Assembly: GCA_965207735.1 (NCBI GenBank)
Contig: OZ242296.1
Span: forward strand, 1,952,001-2,016,000
Length of the DNA: 64,000 bases
Source of the DNA: Candidatus Versatilivorator sp.
GTDB lineage: Bacteria; Acidobacteriota; Terriglobia; Versatilivoradales; Versatilivoraceae
Reading direction: 5' to 3'
A program made the translations under genes and the position numbers. Of the stretch, positions 40,405 through 50,104 are shown one piece after another (the stretch's first letter is position 1; each line of letters opens with the position of its first letter). Under the pieces are notes generated by a model, which saw only the letters and a program-made list of their open reading frames with translations, made no database searches and was not told where the DNA came from.

Positions 40405-41811
40405 ATGCTGGTTGGCATCACCGTGATGCCGGAGTATTTTCAGAGCGAGTCGGTCGACGGCGTGCTCGACAGGCTGGAACGTCTCGCCGGGGTCACCGCG
40501 GTGACGACCTCTCCCTATGTGATGGCGTTGGCGGACCGGCAGACCGGATTCCGGGAACCGCCCATAGACGCCGGCGCCGGCAAGGTCCGCCTGCTGGACC
40601 GGAACCTGTGGGGCAAGCGGGAGCTGTGGGCGCGGACGGCCCCCAGCTTCCAACCGAACCTGGATCTCTATCGGGGGTTGCGCTACCAGCCCTCCGCGGC
40701 GGACGACCTGACCCGAGAGCAGGGTCCCGTGGTGGGAGAGTTCATCCGCAAGGCACAGTCGCGTGGATTGAAGGTCTACCTTCAGGTACAGGCGGCTATT
40801 CCGCCCGGCTACCGGGTCCAGTTCGGTCAGCCCGAACCCGAAGACTGTCCCCGCCTTCCCGACGGCAGTATTCCCACCCGCCGCCTTTCGGCCAACGGGA
40901 GCCTGGCCAGTCCCCACATCCGCGACTACACCCTGGCGCTCCTCCGGGACCTCTGCCGCCAATATCCGACCGTGGACGGCCTACGCCTGGACTGGCCCGA
41001 ATATCCGCCTTACTTGCTGGATTCCATTTTTCTGGACTTCGGCGAGCACGCCCGCAGTCAAGCCCGGCGGATGGGACTCGACTTCAACCGGATGCGCAGC
41101 GCCGCCGGCGCGCTCTACCGCCGCCTTCACGGGGGACTCACCGACGAGGACCTGAGGATTTGCACCGAGGCCGGCAGCCTGGGCGAGGCTCGCCGGCGGT
41201 TGCTGCCGGAGCCTGCCGGCCTGGAGGAGTGGATCGAATTCAAGGCCAGCCTGGTCGAATCCCTGCACGCGGATTTTCGCCAAGCCATGAACGAAGCCGG
41301 CGGCCAAGGCATGGAGTTGCGGCCCAACGCCTTTCCGCCGCCCTGGAACATCTTTTCGGGACTGGACTACGGCCGGGTGAGCCCTTACAGCTCCGCCCTT
41401 TCCGTCAAGCTCTACACCATGCACTGGCCCATGATGCTTCGATTCTACGGGGATCGCCTGCGCCAGGCCAATCCGGGTGTGTCCGAACGGCTTCTGGTGA
41501 GAGCCCTGGCCCGCCTGTTCGATACCGGCCAGGAACCGACCCCGGACCGGTTGGCGGACTTCCGTTATCCGTCCCCTGAAGAACCCCATCCGGCGGGAGA
41601 GGCCGCCCAGCATCGCAAGATCGCTCAGGCCCAACTGGAGGCCGGCAGCACCCCGGTCTGCACCCTGGCACACGCCTACGGTCCCACCACGGACTTTCGA
41701 AGCCGCCTTCAGACGGCCCGGAGCGCCAGCCGGCACGGTTTCTGGATCAACCGCTACGGTCACCTGAGCGACGAAAAGCTGGCAATCGTCGGGGAAGTTG
41801 GGCGGGGGTGA
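40405..41811 (+). CDS. Hypothetical protein, possibly glycoside hydrolase-like TIM barrel
   Basis: ATG 40405 with GGAG RBS; the YPTVDGLRLDWPEY segment resembles GH-like barrels; function unconfirmed. Confidence 0.55.
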   Translation: MLVGITVMPEYFQSESVDGVLDRLERLAGVTAVTTSPYVMALADRQTGFREPPIDAGAGKVRLLDRNLWGKRELWARTAPSFQPNLDLYRGLRYQPSAADDLTREQGPVVGEFIRKAQSRGLKVYLQVQAAIPPGYRVQFGQPEPEDCPRLPDGSIPTRRLSANGSLASPHIRDYTLALLRDLCRQYPTVDGLRLDWPEYPPYLLDSIFLDFGEHARSQARRMGLDFNRMRSAAGALYRRLHGGLTDEDLRICTEAGSLGEARRRLLPEPAGLEEWIEFKASLVESLHADFRQAMNEAGGQGMELRPNAFPPPWNIFSGLDYGRVSPYSSALSVKLYTMHWPMMLRFYGDRLRQANPGVSERLLVRALARLFDTGQEPTPDRLADFRYPSPEEPHPAGEAAQHRKIAQAQLEAGSTPVCTLAHAYGPTTDFRSRLQTARSASRHGFWINRYGHLSDEKLAIVGEVGRG

Positions 41812-42018
41812 GGGGTCTGGGTGCTGACGGTGGGGGCGATATGGTTGGCGTGTGTTCGGAGAGTTAGCGCGTCCCGGGACGGCGCTACTACTGATGCCGG
41901 AGCCTTTTGCAATATTCCGCAGACAGGGGAGGTAGAGAGTAGGGGACGTTGAAGCAGCGCCGTCTCGCTTAGTGGCTCTACGAGTGCTGCCGATTGCCAC
42001 TTACGGGACGCCGTGTCT

Positions 42019-42148
42019 GCCCCCCTCCGGATCGACTGCGGGCTTCGCCCTTGTCTCTCCGACTCCCCCTCAAGGGGGGAGTGATACTTGAGGCTTGCAT
42101 GGGGCGCCTTGCCCGATTCCTGGGCACGATGTAAACAATGTTCCCGGT
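42019..42148. repeat. Family A repeat, near-identical to 8533-8662
   Basis: About 130-bp match with only a few substitutions. Confidence 0.88.
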
Positions 42149-42235
42149 TTAATGGGTGGACGATGCCCCCCCGCGCTCGCGGGGGAATCTCTTCCCTCTG
42201 ATGGGGGGGTACCCCGGGTGCGAGGCATCGGACCG

Positions 42236-43465
42236 CTACAGGTCGGCGAAGGGCAGAGCTGTCACTTCAGGGCCGAGAGGGAGTTGCAGGTCACCTGGAT
42301 GCACGACGTACCCCGGCATCGCAGCCCGCGTCATGTCGCTTTGGAATCTCCTGATGGTAGCGGCCATGGCCGGGCGGGGCGTCGCGGACAGCTTGACCTC
42401 GATCGGCACAAGCCTTCCGTCGGTCTCGACCAGGAAGTCCACTTCAGTTCCCACCATGGTTCTCCAATAATAGACCCGAGGGTCGAGGCCCCGATGGATC
42501 AGGGTTTTGAAGATCTCGGAGAGCACCGCCGTTTCCATGATGGCGCCTCCCATCGGTCCTGAGGCAGCGTGTAGGGGGTCTTTGAGGCCCGCAAGGTAGC
42601 AAAGCGTGCCGACGTCCGTGAAATACACTTTGGGGGTCTTGACGAGCCGTTTTCCTACATTTGCGAAGTAGGGACGCAGCACGATCACCTGATAGGTGGC
42701 TTCGAGCACGGACAGCCATGCCTTGACGGTGTTGACCGCAACGCCGAGGTCCCGGGCAACATCGGTCAGATTCAGGAGTTGGGCGCTTCTGGCCGCCAGC
42801 ACCCGAAGGAAGTTCTGATACTGGATCAGGTCTCCGACCTGACGCAGCATTCGCACGTCCCGTTCAAGATAGGTCTGGATGTAGCCGGCATGCCAAAGCG
42901 ATGCATCCCGGCTGGGTTGTGCCGCAAGTTCAGGGTACCCTCCTCGAAGGAAGTCCTTCCACAGCTCGCCAAAGACATGGGACCATTTCGAAGAAGACCG
43001 GCGTTGTCGCTCCCACGGAAGAGCCATCTGCGGCCGTCCCTCCGCTTCCCGTCTGGAAAGAGGCAATAGGCGCAGAATTGCTGCTCGGCCCGCCAACGAC
43101 TCGCTCACTTTCTCAGAGAGCAACAGATTTTGCGAACCGCTGAGAAGAAATCGACCCTTCCGGCTGCGGTCGGCATCGATCCTCTCTTTGATGTATGGAA
43201 GCAAATCGGGTACGTACTGAACCTCATCGAAGATCACCGGAGGGCGGTACAATTCCAGGAAGCTGCGCGGATCTTGCAGGGCACTCGCACGAACGTCGGG
43301 TGGCTCCAGAGAAACATACCGGCAATGCCTGCCGAAGAGGCGCCGGAGGAGGGTTGTCTTGCCGGATTGTCGAGGTCCGGTCAGAACTACGGCCGGAAAC
43401 TCGGAGGCGGCCTTTTCGAGGATCGGCTCCAGCGACCGGTCAATGTAATCTTGCATCCCGTACAC
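42236..43465 (-). CDS. AAA+ ATPase (AAA_14 / DUF4143 family)
   Basis: GPRQSGKTT, IFDEVQ, LSGS, ESLAGR, KTPKVYFTD and EVDFL...IEVK motifs. Confidence 0.9.
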   Translation of the reverse strand: MYGMQDYIDRSLEPILEKAASEFPAVVLTGPRQSGKTTLLRRLFGRHCRYVSLEPPDVRASALQDPRSFLELYRPPVIFDEVQYVPDLLPYIKERIDADRSRKGRFLLSGSQNLLLSEKVSESLAGRAAILRLLPLSRREAEGRPQMALPWERQRRSSSKWSHVFGELWKDFLRGGYPELAAQPSRDASLWHAGYIQTYLERDVRMLRQVGDLIQYQNFLRVLAARSAQLLNLTDVARDLGVAVNTVKAWLSVLEATYQVIVLRPYFANVGKRLVKTPKVYFTDVGTLCYLAGLKDPLHAASGPMGGAIMETAVLSEIFKTLIHRGLDPRVYYWRTMVGTEVDFLVETDGRLVPIEVKLSATPRPAMAATIRRFQSDMTRAAMPGYVVHPGDLQLPLGPEVTALPFADL

Positions 43466-43728
43466 CGGTTAGTTGAGGCATGATCAGTGTCTTCGGATCG
43501 AGTTCTTCCAGCGAGAAACGGACATAGCCGCGTTTGGCACTGCCGAGTTCTCAGCTTCCGAGTGAGCAGATCGCCGATCCAACTGCCATGCTTCTCAATG
43601 TGGAATGAAGATCTCGACCCTTCTTATGTCGATATTATGCATTTATAGTGCAAATAATCTATAAACTCTTGATAGATCGGGAACGATTATCCCGAAGATT
43701 GGCAGGGAGCGCCGGCCAAAGGCATTAA

Positions 43729-43770
43729 CCCGCATTTCTCACCAGGCCGCTGGTGCCATGACGACAAGTA
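43729..43770 (-). mobile_element. Truncated right end of the 243-bp MITE
   Basis: CCCGCATTTCTCACCAGGCCGCTGGTGCCATGACG is the reverse complement of the MITE right end. Confidence 0.75.
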
Positions 43771-43782
43771 TTTTATTAGAAT

Positions 43783-43935
43783 ATCGATGCACAGGATCCA
43801 CAGGATTTGGTCTTAGGAGTCTGGTGTCTTGCAATCCTGGGAATCCGCAATCCCCCACCGCACCATCGCCCGAGCCGGCTTCCGGTGCAGGAACCTCTCG
43901 TCCCGTCTGTCCTGTTCATCCTGTACATCGATGTC
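43783..43935 (-). repeat. Dispersed repeat family B copy
   Basis: Reverse-strand homolog of 8918-9075. Confidence 0.75.
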
Positions 43936-44075
43936 AATAATCCGTCTAGTGACGACGCGTGCCGTTGAAGCAGCTCCGTCTCGCTTCGTGTTCCTTCGTC
44001 GTTGTTCGTGTCCCTTCGTGGATATCTGTATTCCCGGCGTGCCAGTCTGAGGCACAGCCTCGCCGCCGGCGCGAC

Positions 44076-45460
44076 CTACTTCAGCTCACCCTCCCGGTCC
44101 AACATCTTGAGAAGACCCTCGAAGGCCTCCACCGTCCTTTGCAGGTCCTCATCGGTATGCACTCCCGAGATCAGGCCCCCGGGCCAGGGCAGGACGTCGA
44201 CGCCGTTGCAGAGGAACCCCGCCCGCGCCTTGTGCTGAAGCTGGGCGGAAGCGGCTCCTCGCAGTTTCCAGGAATCCACCCGACCCGCCATGATATCGGC
44301 AGGGGTTACCGGATCGTGGTCGGGATTGGGAAAGACGTGGAATGCTGAAAAATCGCCGTAGACGCACCAGTCGCAACCCAGCCGTTCGGCGACCGAGTTC
44401 ATTTCCCGGCGCAGCCTGGCTCCGCTGGCATTGGCCCGGGCGATCAGATCGGTGGACTGCAGGGTTTGCAAGGTGGCGATCCCGGCGCTGGCGGTGACGG
44501 GCGCCGCATTGTAGGTCCCGTAGTGAACCACCAGGGGCGGAGCCGGGCCGTCGTCTCCCTCCTGGAAATCCATGACCTGCATCACCTCGGCACGCCCCAC
44601 CAGGGCAGCGCCCGGATAGCCGCCCCCCACGATCTTGGCCAGGGTGGTCAGGTCGGGGGTCACGCCATAGTAACCTTGGGCCCCGCCCAGGGAACAACGA
44701 AACCCCGAGACGACTTCGTCGAAGATCAGAAGGATGCCCTGCTGGGCCGTCCACCGCCGCAGCTCCGGCAGGAAGGCGGGATCGAGGGGCACCTTGCCGA
44801 AGGTGGCCCCGGTCGGCTCCAGAATCACTGCGGCCACGTCCTCCCGGTCCCGGCAGAGCTCGTCCAGCCAAGCCAGGTCTCCCGGCGGGCAGACCAGCAC
44901 GTTGTCCACGATTTCCTGCAGGATGCCCGCCGGCGGCTTGGGCCGGCGGATTCCTTGCCAAAAGCCACGTGGTCATGCCATCCGTGGAAGTGGGTGGCGA
45001 AGCGCACCAACTTGGGCTTGCCGGTATAGGCCCTGGCCACCCTCAGAGCCAGGTGGGTCGCCTCGGTCCCGCTGACCGTAAAGCGAACCCGCTCGGCGCT
45101 GGGGACCAGGGACTGAATCAGTTCGGCCCACTCCAGCTCCAGCTGGTGGGAAGACCCGTAGTGGGTCCCGCGGGAGACTTGTTCCAGCACTGCCTCCTGG
45201 ACCGCGGGATGGTTATGCCCCAGCATCAACGCCCCGTGGCCGCCGAAGTAGTCCACATACTCCCGCCCGTCCACGTCCCACTTGCGGGACCCTTGAGCTC
45301 GGGAGACAAACACGGGATGAGGCTCCAGCACCCGGGCCTGGTGGGTGACGCCGCAGGGAAAGACCTGCTGCGCCCTCCTGTAGAGCTCAGCCGAAGTGGG
45401 TGTGGCTTCGATGTAGGACTGAAAGATTTGTGACTCCGCCTGCACGGTTCTGGTGTTCAT
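44076..45460 (-). pseudogene. Class III aminotransferase (glutamate-1-semialdehyde aminomutase-like), frameshifted
   Basis: N half (WDVDGREYVD, SGTEAT, HFHGWHD) is in ORF 44825..45460; C half (ILEP, IFDEVVSGFR, LAKIVGGG) is in ORF 44076..44909; frameshift near 44940. Confidence 0.85.
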
Positions 45461-45530
45461 GGGATATCCACCTGATGGTAGGGTTCAGTCAAGCAAAGAA
45501 ATTCTTTAGGCGCCCGGGAAACGGGCTTAG

Positions 45531-45773
45531 CCCGTATTTTTCACCAGGGGGCATGATCATGGCGCAGGATTTTCCCCTTCAGCGCGTGCTCGCGACCGAA
45601 GAGCGTAGCGGTCACTACGCGCGAGGGAGCATGTGCGCGCTGAAGGGAAAAAGACAAGCCAGGGCATGCCCAGCGCCGTCTGTTACCCGCAAGCCCTTAC
45701 CAGGGAGCCAATCAAAGTACTGAAGATAAACTACTTTTCGTCATGGCACCAGCGGCCTGGTGAGAAATGCGGG
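45531..45773. mobile_element. 243-bp MITE, copy 2
   Basis: Same TIRs as copy 1; perfect 5-bp direct repeat CTTAG at 45526-45530 and 45774-45778. Confidence 0.9.
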
Positions 45774-45774
45774 C

Positions 45775-46557
45775 TTAGGACTGGACGCCGGACCGGCCCG
45801 TGCCCTTCAAGCGTTCCATTTCCCGGTCCAGGCCGTGGAGCCAAAACTCCAGGTCCGAGCTCACCGTCATGAGCCGCGCGCCCCGATCGATCCAGCCTTG
45901 GCAAGCCTCGGCGCTGCCGACAAAGGTTCCGAAAGGCATCCCGGCTTGTCGGGCGGCTCGAAAGATCTCGTCGACCCTCCGGTCCAGCTCGGGGTGATCG
46001 CGAACCCCCAGCAATCCCATGGATTGCCGCAAGTCGTCCAGCCCCATGAAGACAGCGTCCAGCCCGGGAACGCGCACAATCTCCTCGATATTTTTCACCG
46101 ACTCCAGGCTCTCCATCTGAGCCACCACCGTGATCCAGTCGTTGGCCTGGGCAAAGTACTCATTGGTCCGATGGGTATACTCGGCCCGCAACGGTCCGCA
46201 ACCCCGTCTTCCCAACGGGGCGTACTTGGACCACTTTACCGCCAGGGCCGCCTGCTCGGCATTTTCCACCATGGGAACCACGATTCCGCTGGCTCCCCAG
46301 TCCAGGGCCCGCTTGATTTCAGCCTCTATCAGACCCGGAACCCGAACGATGACGTCGATTTGGGTCCCCTTGGCCGCCAGAAGCAGGGGCAGCAGATCGC
46401 TGGAGGTCAGATGGCCGTGCTCGGTATCCAGGAACAGCCAGTCATAGCCGGCGGCCGCAGCCATTTCCACGAAGGCCGGAGACCCGAAGTAGGCGATAGT
46501 GCCCACGGCTGCCTGGCCCTGCCGAAGCTTGCGCTGCAAGTTACCGCCGTTGAACAT
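45775..46557 (-). CDS. HpcH/HpaI aldolase family protein
   Basis: FLDTEHG, LDWGASGIVVP, PLGRRG, QMES and FMGLDDL motifs; ATG 46557. Confidence 0.9.
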   Translation of the reverse strand: MFNGGNLQRKLRQGQAAVGTIAYFGSPAFVEMAAAAGYDWLFLDTEHGHLTSSDLLPLLLAAKGTQIDVIVRVPGLIEAEIKRALDWGASGIVVPMVENAEQAALAVKWSKYAPLGRRGCGPLRAEYTHRTNEYFAQANDWITVVAQMESLESVKNIEEIVRVPGLDAVFMGLDDLRQSMGLLGVRDHPELDRRVDEIFRAARQAGMPFGTFVGSAEACQGWIDRGARLMTVSSDLEFWLHGLDREMERLKGTGRSGVQS

Positions 46558-46717
46558 TCCGTCACCTCGCGCCAATCCGGCACCCCGCTTTCTCGCCACT
46601 TTCGGCGGTCCGTGCGGAATCCGTCCGGGAAGACGTTGGAGAACGAAGAATAAAGCAATGAGCCGGAGAAGCTCAACCCTCGTTCCGCCGGGCCTCGCGG
46701 GAAAAAATAGGGGCGAC

Positions 46718-47506
46718 CTAAGGGATCCCTCGTCTATCTCCCCCGTCCATGTAGAGGGAACTGCCGAAGAGATAAGAGCAGGGCTCGGAAGCCAGAAAAA
46801 CCACCATGCCGGCGATTTCTTCCGGTTCAGCCAAACGCCCCGCCGGCAGCTTCCGCCCGATCTGCGCCAGAATCTCGTCCACGCTGCGACCTTCCTCCGC
46901 GGCCTTGTCGCGCTGCAAGTCCCTGGCTCGCTGGGTTTTGGTCAGTCCCGGACAGATGGTGTTGACCAGGATCCCGTCCCCGGAGACGGCGTCGGACAGA
47001 GCCCGGGTCATGTTCAGGACGGCGATATTGGACAGGCTCAGTGGGATGTTGGCCCGTGTCGGGCTGGCTCCCGCTCCTCCGGCGATGTTGACGATCCGCC
47101 CCCATCGGTTCCGCTTCATGTGTGGAATAACCAGTTGGGCCATGCGCAGATAGCCGTAGCTTTTCAGTCCCAGCCCCTCGTCGATGACTTCGGTCGAGAG
47201 CTCCAGGATGTCGGCCATCCTGGCCGCACCGGCGCAGTTCACCAGGATGTCCACGCCATCCCACCGCCTCACGGTCTCATCCACCACTCGCCGGCAGCCT
47301 TCCCGGGTGGTCAGATCGCTGGCGACCGCCCAGCCCTCGCCACCTGCCCGGTCGATCTCCGCCCTGACCTCCTCCAGCAAGGTTCGGGTGCGGGCGGTCA
47401 CACAGACCCGGGCGCCTTCCCGGGCCAGTCCCAGGGCGCAGCAGCGGCCGATGCCGCGGCTGCCCCCGGTCACGACGGCACGCTTGCCTTTCAATCCCAA
47501 GTCCAT
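46718..47506 (-). CDS. SDR family oxidoreductase
   Basis: MDLGLKGKRAVVTGGSRGIG, NCAG and MDGG motifs; ATG 47506; atypical catalytic motif. Confidence 0.88.
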   Translation of the reverse strand: MDLGLKGKRAVVTGGSRGIGRCCALGLAREGARVCVTARTRTLLEEVRAEIDRAGGEGWAVASDLTTREGCRRVVDETVRRWDGVDILVNCAGAARMADILELSTEVIDEGLGLKSYGYLRMAQLVIPHMKRNRWGRIVNIAGGAGASPTRANIPLSLSNIAVLNMTRALSDAVSGDGILVNTICPGLTKTQRARDLQRDKAAEEGRSVDEILAQIGRKLPAGRLAEPEEIAGMVVFLASEPCSYLFGSSLYMDGGDRRGIP

Positions 47507-47520
47507 GGATACCCCCCCGG

Positions 47521-48522
47521 CTAGGCCGCGGGCCAGGGCTGTCCCGCTTCGGTGGCCGCAATCATCTTCTGCAGCTTCTCCACGTAATACTCGACCACCC
47601 GGGCGACCAGCTTTTCCCCCTTGGCTGCCGTAGCCAGCAGCGACTGCTCCTGGCGGGCCCGATCGGTGGCATTCTCGCCTTCCTCGTTGATGCGGCCGTC
47701 GATGAAGGTGCGCCCGTCGATGCGCAGGAAGTGCTCCACCTCCGGCGAGAATCCCGACTCGTAGTTCAGATTGGCGTCGTCGTACTCCTTCATGCTGACC
47801 CGGCGCACGCGGTGGGGATGGGCGGCCAGGGCAATGGAGGTCTCGTACTCCTCGGCGTGAGACAGACGTTTCTTGCTTTCCAGGACGGTCTTGACGAAAT
47901 CCGGCGGGGTCGGCGCCCAAACGGAGTCCACCTCCATCGTCACCCCGAGCTTGCTTCGCCACGTCTCTTCCATTTCCTTGAGCGGCTGCTGGTTCCCTCC
48001 GTGGCCGTTGAGCACCAGCAGGGTATGGATCCCGTTGGTCTTCAAGGAGTGGAGCACATCGAAGATATAGTCCTGGAAGGTCTTGCGGCGCAGGGTGATG
48101 CTCCCCTTCCGCGACATCCAGTAAGGCGCGTAACCGCAAAAGCTCGGCGGCGCCACGATCACTTGCGGGTAGAGCTCCAGGGCAATCTGCTTGGCATAGA
48201 AGGTGGCGTGGGCCGTATCTTCCACCAGGGCGATGTGCTCGTTGTGCTGCTCGATGGAACCCGCCGGCAGGATGGCCGCCTTGAGCAGACCGCTTCCCAG
48301 CAACTCCCGGATCTCCTTGCGAGTGTTCTCCCACAGCAGGACCCGGTCGGGATCGATCCGACGCCTCAGCCGTTCCATGGGCGCATTTCGGGAAGCCGAG
48401 CCGGTTGGCGCCGGCAATGCACCGGCCAAACTCTCGGCCGCCAGTCCCGTCGTGAGCGTCCCCGTAGCCAGTCCGCCGGCTAGGGACTGCAGCAAACTCC
48501 GTCGCGTAATGCCCTGTGTCAT
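47521..48522 (-). CDS. Creatininase family amidohydrolase with Tat signal
   Basis: TRRSLL Tat motif; GSIEQH...D, NGHGGN and HAEEYETS motifs. Confidence 0.85.
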   Translation of the reverse strand: MTQGITRRSLLQSLAGGLATGTLTTGLAAESLAGALPAPTGSASRNAPMERLRRRIDPDRVLLWENTRKEIRELLGSGLLKAAILPAGSIEQHNEHIALVEDTAHATFYAKQIALELYPQVIVAPPSFCGYAPYWMSRKGSITLRRKTFQDYIFDVLHSLKTNGIHTLLVLNGHGGNQQPLKEMEETWRSKLGVTMEVDSVWAPTPPDFVKTVLESKKRLSHAEEYETSIALAAHPHRVRRVSMKEYDDANLNYESGFSPEVEHFLRIDGRTFIDGRINEEGENATDRARQEQSLLATAAKGEKLVARVVEYYVEKLQKMIAATEAGQPWPAA

Positions 48523-48775
48523 GGATTTCCTCCTGGAAATGTGCCAGTGATTTCCGGCGCCGGGTGGCCGGAGCCCGGTTCATAGTCAAGCGTGATTAGA
48601 TGGTTCATCTACATCGATGCACAGGATGAACAGGACCCTTGGGGGAAGGGTTTCACCGTCTCCGGTTCAACCGTCCTGGTGTCTCTTCGTGTTCATTGGT
48701 GTCCATTCGTGGTTCAACTCAAGCAATGACCTACCGTCTTCCCCTGGGTGATCCGCACGGCAGGTTGAGGGCCGG

Positions 48776-49933
48776 CTAAAACGACAGAACCCTGCGGGGA
48801 TTTTCCACCAGAATGGTTCGAATCTGGCTGGTGGAAACACCGAGTTGCTCCAGCGAGGCCGCCAGTCGAGTGGCCACGATGGTGAAGTCGGCCTGATTCT
48901 CCCTCCAGCCCTGGCTACCCTTGGTTTCCGCCGAAAATTCCCCATAAAAGTAGGGGACGTGATCGTGGCTGACCAGAATCTGCTGCAAGAATCCGCCCGC
49001 GATCAGTTTCTGGATCGAGCGGGCCTGCTTGTCGCAGTCGTAGTTTCCGGCGCCGACCCGATCGAACTGCAGGTAGCAGCCCAGCCTCGCAATCTCCTGG
49101 TGATAGTCCCCGGCATCGGCGTTCTTTCCGTCGTCCATGTGGCCCTGGTGCCCGATGATCACCCGGCCGGGATCGGCGCCCGATTCCAGCAACAACCTGG
49201 CCTGCTCCAGCCCGCCCCCGTTGGTGGTGTGGGTGGTGATGGGGCAGCCTGTGCGCCGGCTGGCCTTGGCCGCGGCAAGGTGAACCGCTTTCTCGCTGGG
49301 ACGCATCAGGGCGCTGGTTCCGATCTTGATGGCACCCGCCCGAATCGTGGTGAACCGCTCTCCCCTCCCACCGTGAGGATCTTCCATCCCCTCGGTGATC
49401 TCCCGTACAAACAGGTCTGCCATCTTGTCGGCGCCGTCGGACTCGATCCCCAACCGTACCGCCCAGGGATGCTGGGGCGCCAGGGCCTCGCACCAGAACC
49501 CCGTGGAGGCAATGATGTGGACCTTGGTCCGCCGGGCCAGATCCACCAGCAGTTGAGGATACCGACCCACCCGGATGGGGGTGCATTCCACGATGGCTCC
49601 GGGGCCGTCTTCGGCGGAGAGCGAGTGGTGAAAGGCGTTCAACATCCCCGCGGTCTCAGCCAGCATTCTTTCCCGCAGAGAGCCCAGGGGAGCCGCCGGG
49701 GTTGCGTAAAGCTCGGACCAATCCACCGTGGGCGCATGTTCGTGCATGAGGGTCGCACCCAGGTCTTCGGGATCGACGGGTCCGAGCACCGTCTGCACGG
49801 CCGCGGCCCTGTCCGATCTCTCGGGCGGCCTGCAGGCCCCAAGCTGCAGGGCCGTCCAGGCGGCCACGGCCGACCCGGCCAGGAACTGTCGCCGGCTGAG
49901 GTTGCTTCGATCCAAGAAAGAAGCCGATTCCAT
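48776..49933 (-). CDS. Phosphotriesterase-family metallohydrolase with Tat signal and possible lipobox
   Basis: SRRQFL and LGAC at the N-terminus; TLMHEH, AIKIG, ITTHT, IIGH, VSHD and ENPRRVL motifs. Confidence 0.88.
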   Translation of the reverse strand: MESASFLDRSNLSRRQFLAGSAVAAWTALQLGACRPPERSDRAAAVQTVLGPVDPEDLGATLMHEHAPTVDWSELYATPAAPLGSLRERMLAETAGMLNAFHHSLSAEDGPGAIVECTPIRVGRYPQLLVDLARRTKVHIIASTGFWCEALAPQHPWAVRLGIESDGADKMADLFVREITEGMEDPHGGRGERFTTIRAGAIKIGTSALMRPSEKAVHLAAAKASRRTGCPITTHTTNGGGLEQARLLLESGADPGRVIIGHQGHMDDGKNADAGDYHQEIARLGCYLQFDRVGAGNYDCDKQARSIQKLIAGGFLQQILVSHDHVPYFYGEFSAETKGSQGWRENQADFTIVATRLAASLEQLGVSTSQIRTILVENPRRVLSF

Positions 49934-50104
49934 GGTCTTCCCGGTCTTCGATCCGCGCGGGTGAGAGCCGGTCCTCGCCCTTTGAATAGCGCCGGACCCG
50001 ACCACGACTATCCTACCCCAAAAGGCCTTCTTCCCCGGCAAAAACCGGGGTTTGGGCCGACAGTGGAATTGGGGCCTGCGTCACAGGAGTTCCGTCAGGT
50101 AAAT

